The notes beneath the pieces were generated by a model. That model had not been told where the DNA came from, did not search any database, and was given only the letters and a program-made list of their open reading frames with translations. Source: Sminthopsis crassicaudata (taxonomy: Eukaryota). Taken from it: a stretch of DNA of 64,000 nucleotides. Each line of letters opens with the position of its first letter. Positions within the stretch are counted from its first letter, which is position 1. The stretch is from contig NC_133619.1 in the NCBI RefSeq assembly GCF_048593235.1, positions 459,509,644 to 459,573,643 on the forward strand, written 5' to 3'. This document shows positions 23,825 through 36,096 of this stretch, one piece after another. The translations under genes were made by a program, and so were the position numbers.

Positions 23825-24125
23825 TTCATTTTTTTCTTCCCTCCTTGAAGGTACTCCATCTTTACCTTTGCTCCTAAAATCCATAGCTTTTTAGGTGCTC
23901 TATTCAAAGAACATCTCCTACATATTGCTTTTCCTTATCCCTCCAGTTGTTAGTGCCCAATTCCTATTGCTTGGTATATGTTTTGAATTTACTTAGAGAA
24001 ATGCATATTATTTTTTTACAAGATAATGTAAACTCCTTGAAGAAAGGAACTATTTTGTTTTTGATTCTATAACCTAGAGCTCAGCATAGTGTCTGGCACT
24101 TAGTAGTCAATAAATAAGTCCATAG
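23825..24125 (+). mobile_element. L2 3' end
   Basis: gtaaactccttgaagaaaggaact...ctcagcatagtgtctggcacttagtag. Confidence 0.65.
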
Positions 24126-24639
24126 TAAATAAATGAACTGGAACATGTATTCAGGTCTTATATTTAGTCTTCTTTCCATTCTATCATACTGATTCTCCCA
24201 TTTCTTTCTGGAAACCTACTTTAGGATGTTAGACTACACAAGGAAACAGCCACTTGTAGGTAAATATATTTACCTATAAAGGTTATGCTTATTTTGATTT
24301 CTTAGCATATAATATCCTCAGGCACTTGATAAATCATCATATAATAGGAATAGAAGGGTCCCTGGGGAGGTCATCTTGTTCATTTCCCTGTCTCAAGACA
24401 AGACTGAACTTAAGCCATCTTAGAAGGTCAGTTGCATGCTCCATTCATTTTAAAAAACAAACACTGAGACTCCAGAACAGAATTGTCACCTTTAGTTCTG
24501 TCTTGTTATGTGATTTCACATGGCTTATTTCATATCATATTATTTATTATCAGAAAGTTCTTCCTGTGTCTAATCGAAGTACTCCCCCCACCTTTATAGC
24601 TATTGCCTCCTACTTTTTCCCCTTCTCCCCATAAAATGT

Positions 24640-25695
24640 CTATTTCCAAACATCAAGGCTACTGTAATTCAGCTTTCCTTACAACTTCCTCTGCTCTATG
24701 CTGCACAATAGCCTCTTCATACTCTGTTGCCTGAATTTCCAGGGACACCTTAACCTGGGTCCAGGTAGGAGGCCAGGTTTAATTTTTTCCCCCACCTTTC
24801 CATTCCATGCTCCAGCGCTCCCATCCCCAAAGCCTCCATGGGCTATGATTAAGGTTTAATCAGTTGTTTTCTTGCAAGGCAGGTGGGTAGGGGGAGGAGA
24901 GGAAAAGCCCCCTACATTTTCCTTAATGTTATGAATTAGCAGGAGATATTCGGAAATAGAGTTGCCTACCCGTTGTTTGAAAATTGTTTACAGCAAATAA
25001 TGAACAAAGCAAATCAGATTGCCAAAGGCCTAGCTGTTGAAAAAGTGTAGCTGGTATTATTAATTAAAATACAAGTCAGCTTTCCTAGCACTTGTAGCCT
25101 GTGGGTATCAAATGTACTCCACTTGATTGAATCAGGTAGTGGCAGCCCCCGCATTTTTCATTTTGTGCTGGGAGGGATAACCACCACCACCACAACAACA
25201 ACAACAAAAGTAAAGCTGTTTTCTGCTACTTCATTTGAAAAAATATATTATTTTAGAATGAAGGCATAGCAGCTTTAGCAGACAGGCAGAAATAACATAA
25301 AATCTACATTATGTCCTTACACTGTGATTTTAAACAAGGGGTCGTCTACAACCTTAGAAACTCTAGTGCCATTGTGTTATAGGCAGACCTTTGTCTATGT
25401 ATGGCCAAGGAAACAGTTTCCATGGAGATGCAAGGCATTTGACAATGGTCACTGTTTTGGGAAAGTAAATTAATCCAAGCAGGAGACCAGTTATAAGAAT
25501 TTTCCCCCCTCTGGCAAGGGGAAGGGGATAAAGGGTTGGTGAGTTGCACAGAAGAAGAAAAAAAAAATTCTGCCTTTTGGTTATTCTTTTTTAACATGTG
25601 GAAGTAACTGAAATTGTAAGAAGACTTAAACTTTGTTTCTGGAGTTAATGCTTGTGGGGATTCTCCAGTGATGGAGAATTGGAACAAGGAAAGAG

Positions 25696-25734
<39 letters not shown>

Positions 25735-25750
25735 GAGAAACTTGGCTCAC
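24640..25750. promoter_or_regulatory. Candidate enhancer/promoter island (TE-free, ~1.1 kb)
   Basis: No recognisable TE; a few CpGs retained. FOX TGTTTAC 24985-24991, SOX cores at 25003, 25369, 25389 and 25442, NKX2 CCACTTGA 25119-25126, three palindromes, RFX-like X-box 25416-25429. Confidence 0.5.
25698..25731. repeat. Poly(A)34 with no adjacent retroelement body
   Basis: Seen directly; no TSD found. Confidence 0.95.
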
Positions 25751-26189
25751 CTCTAGGTAAATTTAGGGAAGAAAAAAATACAATGTAGTTTCTTTTTCTT
25801 ATAAATAACCTGGGCTATTCAGTTTTGGAATCAGCCCTTTCAACTACATGTTACAGTTACCTGTAATTGATGGATTAGAGAATAAATTTCAGAAGACCAG
25901 ATGGGAAGACATACTTAATTACCAGCTTTCCCCAGGTCAGGTTTGTTCAGCGTAGGTGGGTCAATAGTATGAAGATGTTTTAATCATCTACTGCAAATAA
26001 CCTCTACTGGATATCACATTGTTTATTTTTGTCTAATTATTTGAAATAATCAGACAATATTAAGTGCCAGAAAACAAAAAAGATTCTCTAGTCATCAAAT
26101 TTTCTCACTCTTAGTTCTTGCAGGCAATACTTAGAGTAATTAGGTAATAATTAGGAAGTTAGCTAATTCAGAGGCAGTGGTGTCCCTGA

Positions 26190-26640
26190 AAATAAAGTCA
26201 AGACGACTTGGATTCACATCTTGCCTTTGGAATTTAGTAGCTGTTTGACTAAGGGCAAGTCTCAAAGTGTCTAGGTGTAAATGCCAAGGACTGATTTTCT
26301 TAAAATTGAGAAAGAGAATTTCCATAATAGAATTCCTTATACTGAAGAAATCAGAGCTTTTATTTTGTAGTTCGTTCATTATTTATTGAGTATCTGCATG
26401 CATAGCTTCTCAATAAGCACAGAAAAAGATGTATCAAAGATGTATAAAATGTAATTGCTGCCCTCAAGGAACTTAGAACCTAACAAAAAGGATGTGATGC
26501 ATATCTAAATAAATAGAATGCCAGATAGAGCATGATGAGCTACCTTCTAAATGCTATAGGAGTTCAGAGGAGAGAAATAACACTTCTCAATTAGCAAATC
26601 AGCTAAGAATTTTTTTTTAAATGTGACACTTTAACAAGTC
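26190..26640. mobile_element. MIR fragment (+) followed by L2 3' fragment (-)
   Basis: gacttggattcacatc...tagctgtttgactaagggcaag, then ttcattatttattgagtatctgcatg...gtaattgctgccctcaaggaacttag. Confidence 0.6.
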
Positions 26641-26999
26641 TTATAAAGAGTGGGTAGGATTTATTTTTTAAGTAAATTTATTTTTATATCCATTTATTAT
26701 CTATCCCTTCCACTAAACTCTGTTGAATAATACTCCCAATTCTTTTTTTTTTTTTTTTTTTTTTACAATGAAGTTGTCTTTTTTATTTTTTTCTAGGGAA
26801 AGAAGCAGCAAAATTCTAAATAAGTTGGAAGGGATTTAATGGTGACATGAAATGCATGCCCTCCTTATATTGATGACATTCTGATTTTGAGTGAGAATCT
26901 TAGAGTGGTCCATATGAACTTAGCAAAATCTATTGAAAGCTGTTTCATAGCATGATGGGAAAATTTTATCTAACATATATTCCAAGTTTTTCTTTTCAT

Positions 27000-27198
27000 A
27001 GAGAAGTTCTGAAACATTTTTCTGTGACATGAATCTCTTTGGGAGTCTGATAAAGCCAATGGACTCCATTTCAAAAATATTTTTAAGTTCATAAAATAAC
27101 ATTCATTGAATTGCAAAGAAAAACAATGATACTTAAATATAAATATGGAGAAAAAAATAAAATAACATAAGTTCACAGACCACAGGTTAAAATCCCCA
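27000..27198. mobile_element. hAT-Charlie-type MITE (old)
   Basis: Decayed TIR-like ends gagaagttctgaaac / ggttaaaatcccca and body tttgggagtctgataaagccaatggac. Confidence 0.6.
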
Positions 27199-27699
27199 AT
27201 CAAGTAGGATCTAAAGACATTTGTAGACTGGCCCAAAATCTCACTACTCATAAAGTCTTTTACTTGTATTATATCATTCTCCTTTTGGGCTTAGTAAATT
27301 GGAAAATGACTAACCAATTTAGATCAATAGCTAGAGTGTACAAAATAAGTTCAAATGATTATTTTGCATTAAGTAGTTAATACTTTTTTTTTTTAGTGTA
27401 ATCAAATTTCATTGTATTGCATGGAAGTGATATTACAGCATATTTACTTGTTACATGGCAATCAAGAAAGTACTTATACAGCAATCATAATAATGTCACA
27501 GTATATTCCCATCATCCTGAAATCATAACATCATGCTTCCATTATACTTTGAGTCACACTTGCAGTCATGTCATGCTAATGTCACAATCTGAATCATACA
27601 ACATGCATTTTGGAGTAATAACACTCAATAGTCACATTTTTGGAACTTCTTACATTGAAGTATTTAATGCAATAGTATCCAATTTTGTTTTTTATGTAA

Positions 27700-27905
27700 C
27701 ATTTTTTTTTAATTCATTTTTCCAAATTATCCCCTTCCTCCCTCCACTCCCTCCCCCCATGACAGGTAATCCCATACATTTTACATGTATTACAATATAA
27801 CCTAGATACAATATATGTGTGTAAATACCATTTTCTTGTTGCACATTAATTATTAGCTTCCGAAGGTATAAGTAACCTGGGTAGATAGATAGTAGTGCTA
27901 ACAAT
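27700..27905 (-). mobile_element. Young dasyurid L1 3' end (5'-truncated)
   Basis: T-rich tail, then ccccatgacaggtaatcccatacattttacatg...gaaggtataagtaacctggg; related to 52198-52752. Confidence 0.8.
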
Positions 27906-27939
27906 ACTCCCAACTCTTACCAAAAAAAAAAAAAAAAAA

Positions 27940-28480
27940 TCCTTATCATAAAAATGTATAGTATAATAAAACAAATCCCCTATTTGGTCATACCCACAAC
28001 TTTATACTTTCTGTATAGATTTAGTTCATTTCCTCTCTGACAGGAAGTAAACTATGTATTTTTCATTTCATAAACAATTGTGATTTATCATTTCATAAAC
28101 AATTCTAAAGTCTTTCAAAGTAATTTTTCTTTACAATGTTATTCTCTATAAATCGTCTTCCTAATTTTTCCTACTTTGCTCTGAAACAGATCATAGAGTC
28201 TTCCCAGTTTTCTCTGAAACTATGTATTTTATTATTTTTAATGTTACAATTGTATTCCATTAAATTCATATACCATAATTTGCTTAACCGTTGCCCAATA
28301 GGAAGACAACCTCTTAGCTTCCAGTTTTGAGTTACTACAAAAAGAGCTGCTTTAGATATTATTACACTTATAGGTCTTTTTCATCTTTATGTTATCTCTT
28401 CTGGGTTGATACTTGTTATCTAAATTAAAGAGAATACAACACTAACTTTTAGAAAACAATTCCAGATTGCTTTTCCAGAT
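27940..28480 (-). mobile_element. Old L1 3' fragment
   Basis: Reverse L1 3' motifs gttgcttccagttttgagttactacaaaaagagctgct...ccagattgcttttccag. Confidence 0.7.
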
Positions 28481-29864
28481 TACTGGGTAGGTAGGATCTC
28501 AAGAAGAAATATAACAATTGAGAAAGTGGTAAAAGTTGCAATGACTAGCAGTTTCAAAGTTGCCTATACATTGAGGACTGGATTGGATTGAATTGAAACA
28601 AGCATCTATTAAACTCCTATTGTGTGTCACTGTGGGGCACTCTGTGGGGAAAGAGGGAATGAATAAGACAAAATTTCTCTTCAGAAGAAAATACACCCTA
28701 GTAGAGAAAAAAGTGTTTATTAAGTGTCACAAGATATCAAACATTTTCACAATGTATTTAAAAAAATTGTTGAGATTATCAGAATTTCAGTGGTCATGAA
28801 GCACAAGACAGTTTTCAAAAGTTTAGTGGCTTTGGGGAGATTTTGTTTTTCATTTCATTTTTCTTGTAAAAATGTAAATCTTTAATTCCATTTAGCACCT
28901 GAATGTGACCTTAGATGTTAATAGTTTTATCCTGCAAGCTAAAAATAAGCCTTAATCTTCTTGCTGTGTGAGGATCTGAGGCTTTCAATGAATAACTGTC
29001 TTTACACAGTGGCATCAGTATACTTCCCAGAAAATGTAGAGGGAAAACAATATAATTTTCATGTATTCTCAAACATTTGTTGGGTCTATTCCTCAAGTCC
29101 TTCAGAGGCCAGGTTTGTAAAAAAATTATAATCCAACTTGTTCTGGATTTTTTTTTCTTTTTAGTCATAATTTAATATTTCAGCACACTTAATTTATCTC
29201 ATATGTATTTTAAGAAACATGACCTGCCAACATAAGTGATAGTCTCAAGTTATTTAGTGTTTTTTTTTAAATCATAGGTTGTTTTGGGGATTATTTAGTT
29301 CCATATTGTAAAGCTTTTATTAAACTAGTGTAATATGTGTATTAAACAAGACTGTTTAAATATATAGATTTGCTTTGAGGATGGGGAGGTTTTGTCCACT
29401 TTTATAGACAATGGGCATTATGGTACCACCAGAAGGCTACCTGTGAAAAAGGACAAGCAAGGTTCAAGATGTTTCATTGATGTGATCTCTTTTCCAATCT
29501 TCAAGAATATACTGACTTTATACCTAACTTCATCATGTATTTTAGTGTGTGTGGAGAGAGAAGTGGGGTAGGAGATGATGTTTAGGGCTTCAGAAAAAGA
29601 AAGTCACTTTCCTAATCATGCTTAAAGTGGCAAGTACCTCTTAATTATACTTGCCATGTTGCCCCCAGCATAATTACAACACAAAATCATCACAAATAAC
29701 AACTATGAATAAGCTTTTTTAATCAAAACAATAAAGATAACTTAGAGTGCTATAGATTAGAATATATTGAAGAATTCACAAGATTGAGCTCTTTAGCTGT
29801 GAATGACATAAAGCTTTAGCTTAAAATATGAACGATATGAAAGACAAAATGACTTCATCTAGAG

Positions 29865-30028
29865 CAAAACTCTTTAAACTGTGGGTCTTGACTCTATATG
29901 GGGTCATATAAGTGAATGTGGGGGTCACAAAAGTATTATTTATTTTATCAGTAAATGTTTGATTTGGATCATGTAAAAACTTCTTGAGTGAAAAGGGATC
30001 ATGAGTGGAAAAAGCTTAAGAAACCCTG
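29865..30028. mobile_element. hAT MITE with 8-bp TSD
   Basis: Ends caaaactctttaaac / gcttaagaaaccctg; TSD atctagag (29857-29864) / atttagag (30029-30036), fitting the NTCTAGAN Charlie target. Confidence 0.75.
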
Positions 30029-30454
30029 ATTTAGAGGATGTTCATTCTCAGTAGTCTGTATCAATGTAAATCTTAGAATTCAAAGGCTATGATGTAGAGA
30101 ATTCCTAGACATGTCTGCATGGTTCCAGTGTGACATTCAGAACTCTGTCTCTCTGTCTCTGTTTCTGTTCTTCCTCTTCTACTTCCTACTCCTCCTCTTT
30201 CCTCCCCTCCTCTATTCTGCCCTCCTTTTCCCACCATCTCCTTCTATCTATGTTTATCATTAAAATCTCATAAGTACCTGCAAAATCTGAAATAATCGCT
30301 TTATGAAGTACCCAGTGTCATCTTCAGCAAGTTCTCAGCCAATCCATAGTCATATCTCCATTTGTATATTAAGCACAAAACACAATTCTGTGCTTCTGTA
30401 AAATTATACTAGGATTGTACAAAAACAATATTACACTAAGAAATAATTATGTAT

Positions 30455-33390
30455 TGAATCCTACTTCTATTTTATTGATTGTTGTTTTATTTAACAAAAC
30501 TAGCTCTTAGTTTTTACTAAATTCAATACTTTTCTTACTTTCAATTTTATTAGTCTCTTTGATTTTCAGAATTTCTAATTTTGTATTTAATTGGGGATTT
30601 TTAATTTGTTCCTTTTCTAGCATTTTTATTTTTATGTTCAATTAATTGATCTGTTCTTTCTCTATTTTATTCATGTAAGCATTTAGAGATATAAAATTTT
30701 CCCTAGTAACTATATTGGCTGCATCTCATAAGTTTTGGCATGTTGTCTCATTATTATCATTTACTTGGATGAAATTATTGATTGTTTCTATGATTTATTG
30801 TTTGACCCACTCATTCTTTATGATTAGATTGTTTAATTTCTAATTAGTTTTTGTCTATCCATAGCCCTTTATTGCACACAATTTTTATTGCATCATAATC
30901 TGAAAAGAGTATGTGTTTAATATTTCTGTCTTTTTGCATTTGATTGTGAGGTATTTATGCCCTAATACATGGTCAATTTTTGTATAGATGTTATGTACTG
31001 CTAAGAAAAAGGTATTTTTCTTTTTATCCTCATTTTGTTTTTTTCCCACTTGTCTATCATATCTAACTTCTAAAATTGTGTCTAACTCCATAATTTCTTT
31101 ATTTATTTTGTGATTAGATTTATCTAATTCTGAGAGAGGGAGATTAAAGATCCCCCATTGGCATAATTTTGCTGTCTATTTATTCCTATAATTCACTTAA
31201 CTTCTAATTTGGATCTTATGCCACTTGATTCATATATGTTTAGTACTGATATTACTTAACTGTTTATATTACCCTTTAGTAAGATATAGTTTCCTTATCC
31301 CTTTTAATTATATACATTTTTACTTTTGCTTTGTTAGGATTGCCATCACTGCTTTTATTTTATTTTATTTTTAGCTAAAGCATAATACATTCTGCTCCAG
31401 CCTTTTACCTTTATTCTGTGTTTCTACTGTGCTTCAAATGTGTTTCTTGTAAACAACATATCTTAAAACTCTTGTTTTTAATCCACTCTGCTCTCCACTT
31501 CCATTATATGAGAGACTTCATCCCATTCACATTCAGAGTTAAAATTACCAATTGTGTATTTTCCTTCATCCTATTTGTCTCCCTTGTTTATACTTTTAAC
31601 TCTATCCCTCCTCAACAGTGTTTTTCTTCTGATGATCACTTTTTTCAATCTGTCCTCCCTTCTATCACTCCTCCTCCCTTCTCTTTTTCCTTTTTCCTAC
31701 AACTTCTTCCCTCCTATCTACCCTTTTCTTTCCCCTTTCTCCTCCTACTTTCCAATAGCATAAAATAAATTTCTAAACCCAACAAAGTATATATGTTATT
31801 CCCTTTTTAAACTAAATCCAGGGAAATTAAGGTTCAAACAATGCTCATCCCTCACCATTCTTTCCTTCTATTCTAATGGGTCTTTTGTGCCTCTTTCTGT
31901 GATAAATTTACCTATTTTATCTCCCCTTTCTTTTTTTCCAAGTATAATCCTTTTTCCATCCTTTAATTTCTTTTTATATCATCACATAAAAGTCAATTTA
32001 TACCTACAACCTCTATGTATACTTCTAACTTCTGATAAAAATATAGTTCTTAAGAGTTATAAGGATCATCTTTCCACGAAGAAATATAAACAGTTCAACA
32101 CTTTAATATTTTTTCTTTCCTATTTACCTTTTTATGCTTCTCTTGAATCTTGTATTTGAAGATTAATTTTTCTGTTTACTTCTGGTATGGCCATCAGAAA
32201 TATTTGGAAGTCCCCTATTTCACTGAATGTTCATCTCTTTCCCTGAAAGATTATGCTTAGTTTTGCTGGGTAGTTGATTCTTGATTATAATCTAAGCTCC
32301 TTTCCTTTCTGAAATATCATATTCTAGGTCTTCCAATCCTTTAATGTAGAAGCTGCTAAATCCTGGGTAATTTTGATTGTGGGTCCTTGATATTTGAATT
32401 GTTTCTTTCTGGGTACTTGAAGCAATATTCTCCTTGACCTGATAATTCTATAATTTAGCATCAATATTTCTTAGAGTTTTCATTTTGGGATCTCTTTCAA
32501 AAATGATTGGTGGATTCTTTTAATAACTATCTTACCCTCTGGATTTATGATATCAGGATAGTTAGCTTTTGTGCCTTCTTTCTCATTTGGCTAATTTTAT
32601 TTTTAAAGGACTTATTTTCTTCAGTGGATTTTTTTCATTTTGCCCATTGTATTTTCTAAGGAATTATTTTATTGAGTAGATTTTTTGTCCTTCCTTTTCC
32701 AAGCTGTTGACTCTCTTTTACAAACCTTTCATTTCTTTTCCCAATTTTTCTTCTCCCTCTCTTGACTTTTTAAATTATTTTTGAACTCTTCTAAGAGGGC
32801 TTTTTGAACTTGAGACCAATTCATATCCCACTTTCAGGTTTTTGGGATGGTGTTTTGGTCTTTCCTGTCACCACAGGGGCTTTCTATAATCAAGGTTCTT
32901 TGTTTCTTGCTCATTTGGGGCTTTGCCTTTTTTGTGGCTCCTGTTCCAAGTTTCTTGTACGGGATCATTGGCTTTGAGTGCTAGGGCTTCAGTTTGGTGA
33001 CTTGCTCACTGTGCTGAGGTAGTCCAACCTGGTCACACTTGTTGTTACCTAGTTTCAGGGGCTAGTAGTTTGCCTTTGTTTTGTGTCTACAGAACCAGAG
33101 ATCCCTTGATCTTATTTGCTGATCTATGCTGTGGGTAAAACCTCCCCCTGGATTGCCTGGACACTATCTGTGTTGGACTGTATTCCCCTTTCACCCAAAT
33201 AAGACTGACTTTTCCTGATGTTGTTCCCAGCTATCTTAAGGTAGAAAATTGTTTCACTCCATTCCCTTTGTAGGTTCTGTCACTTCAGAATCTATATAGA
33301 GGCTTGATTTACAGTTTTTTCAGAGGTAAACTAGGAATCTCAAGCTCGGGACAACTTCCTGGCTTCTCTCAGGCATCTTGGCTCTAACCC
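30455..33390 (-). mobile_element. Old L1 5' half (5' UTR, ORF1, inter-ORF, ORF2 endonuclease), decayed
   Basis: Reverse complement of motifs seen in the 41800-44100 sense copy; many stops and indels. Confidence 0.88.
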
Positions 33391-34543
33391 TTTGAATTCT
33401 TTATCTATTAAATCAGGTTAATAACAACATGGGGTTATTGTGAAAATCAAGTGAAAACATATCTAGAGCATTTTTCAAACATGAAAGTACTATATTATTG
33501 CTAATAATGTTATTGGCATAATCTGAATATGTAAACTATAATCTGAATATCTATAACTACCCAAATCTTGTTCTTAATATTAATTTAAAATATTTTTCCC
33601 TTGTTCCTCAAAATAAATTTCACTTCCTTCTCCCAAACTTAAAGTGAGACTGATAAACGCAATACCATGGATTTAAGATTTCGGGGGTTGACAAACCTTC
33701 TCATAGTTGGGTATTTTCATTGGCTTTACATCTCATAGTATTAGATAAAGGTTGAAAGAAGCTGTTTCTTTCCTGCCCTTGTTTGAAATCCACACTCAAG
33801 TACACATTGGGTCAACCCTTAACCAGATGTAGGTACACAGAAAGTTATTGGATTTCTTGATGATGAATAGAGAGCAGACAATGCACTTGTCTGGTCTCAG
33901 AAAAGATATGCATAAAAATGAAGGTACTGTACCTTGCATATGTAAATAGCTAGTTAATAGGAATTCCAAAATATAAGTAAAATATATTTCCCCCCAAATT
34001 CACATAAAGTATGTATGTGTGTATATGTACACATACACACATACACAAACATGTTACACTTTTTTTCAATAATTAGGAAAAACATCAATAGGGAATTCTT
34101 TTAAAATGATTTGGTTTCCTAGCACACTTATCTTCAGAAGAAATAGAAAAACTCTAATATGTGTGTCAGTCAACTAATGATTAGGTGAACAAGTACACTA
34201 ATTATTAAGTGACTTCTTATGATCTTTTCTGCCTGTGGCATGAGAAGCAAAAAGCAGAGGATAATGTTGCAGAAGGTCTAAAGAGCATTAGTGCTCTGAT
34301 ACCACATTCATTTATTGTGTCTGAGATGTTCAGGAAGGAAGGAATAGCTGATTTAAATTGTATACCTGAAAATCATGTCTCTCAATTCAAGCCAATTGAT
34401 TTCAGGGAGACAAATCTTCCCAGCCAACAATTTCTTAGAGTAGGAAGAAGAATGAACTTCTCTCCTCTCCTTTTTTTTTTTTTTTTTTTTCTATAAAATA
34501 TCTTCTTCCAGATTCTCCCCTTTTTACTCTTCAGCACTAAAGT

Positions 34544-34862
34544 TGTGAGTATCTGTGTCTGGCCCTGAGAGCTTCTTGCTTATAATTCTGCCCGACTTGT
34601 GAATCTCCTCAACTTGTGAATCTCCTCAACTGAATCTTGGGTCTGAATCTCTGGAAGTCCCCAGCCAGCACAAAGGTGGAAGTTGGAATGAATCTGACAC
34701 CACCTCCGAAAGAGTGGGCTTGTGGGCTTCTGTGGGCTTGTGAAGCTCCTACTTATATATGCTTTCTTAAAGGTATGAACGCTAATAAGTACTAAGTACA
34801 TAAGCATTGTCTTTATCAATTCCAGTGACTTAGCACCTAGTTTCAAGTTCTGGCCCATAACA
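34544..34862 (-). mobile_element. Solo ERV LTR (dasyurid type)
   Basis: Minus-strand start tgttatgggccagaacttgaaac; TATA-like atatataag on minus; internal 17-bp tandem repeat. Left end approximate. Confidence 0.7.
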
Positions 34863-35380
34863 GGGGAGTATTCAGCTTGTGGTTGTGAGAGCTGCTGAGC
34901 CTTTTTCAGAGCTGCTTATTTATCTTTGGTATCCACCTATCACAGACTCACCTGTAGCTCCAAGAAGTTGTCTCATCTTCAGCAACTACTCTCTAATAAA
35001 CAGTCTCAGCAGATGAGCTAAACCAGGATGAGGATAATTGACAGGCTTCAAATTTGTTGATTAGTTAGAGGACCCAGTACCCCAAGCATGTGAAGGCTTT
35101 CCCTAGCAGAATGGGTGGATGAGAATAATTTGTTCTAAAAGTCAGGAAGGTGGCTGAAGTGGGCACTATAGAACGCTTAGAACTTGGTCAAACATTGAAA
35201 ATGCAGAGAAGATGCTTTGACTTTTGGCCTTTGAATGGCCTTTGATGACTGGAAGAGAGAATGAGGCTGATGACTTTGTGCTACTCTTCCTCCCGTAAAT
35301 CCAAATCATGCTTAAGGCAAAATATCACCCCACAATGTCATTGGTCCTCTTCAAAAATGGAGGACAAACAATTACAACAG
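34863..35380 (+). mobile_element. RTE-derived SINE / RTE 3' segment
   Basis: gcatgtgaaggctttccc...aatgggtggatgagaataatttgttc...gaggctgatgactttgtgc...ggtcctcttcaaaaatggaggacaaacaa. Confidence 0.75.
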
Positions 35381-36096
35381 TATTTTGTTTTGTTTTTCTT
35401 ATAACTTGTCATCTCTCCAGAGTTAGAACTTATCAAATCTTTCTATAGAATTTTGTTTTTATTTCAGCTTAGGAGCTAATATGGGCTTCTAGGTGGGTGG
35501 TAGTCAGGAAGACTACCCTCCCTATACTCAGTAATTGTATATTCTGTGTAAATTGCTTAACCTTGATGATCTTGATTTTCTTCAATTGTAAAATGGGGAT
35601 AATTATAGCACTTACCTCACAGAGTTGTTGTGAGGATCAAATAAGAGTCTGCAAATATTTTACAAACTGGAAAGCACTATAAAAATGATAGTTATCATTT
35701 TGAGGTTTTAAAGGTTAAAAAAAAAAAAAAACTGGTTTCTAGTTAAATAAGCATTTTATTCATTTTTGAAGTGTTTCCTGTAGGTCAGTCTTAGAAACTC
35801 TATTTCTTTAATCTAGTTCATTCTATTGGATAGAGTTAAGAACTAGATCTGCAATTTCATTAATATAGGGAACATCTCTATGAGAAAATTGCCTCTACTA
35901 ATGTGAATTGGCACCTACTCTGCAATTTTTATTCTCAGAGAGTTACCTAGAGCTCTGAGAAATTGAATGACTTGACCAGAAAAATCAGAGATGGGATTTT
36001 AACCCTATTCGTCCTGGCTTTGAGGTTATCTCTCTCCTCAGTACCTGTGGTTTCATCTAAAAGAAAATTAAACTAGTGGAATGATTATCATTCTTC

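Noticed and set aside
33519-33560. Short micro-duplications (33519, 7250, 15890, 19910, 50478/50560)
   Set aside because: Ordinary replication slippage of 10-25 bp; no regular spacer structure, so nothing CRISPR-like.
34209-34496. 95-aa ORF with ordinary-looking composition
   Set aside because: GTG start, no recognisable domain, runs into poly(T), no convincing splice sites.
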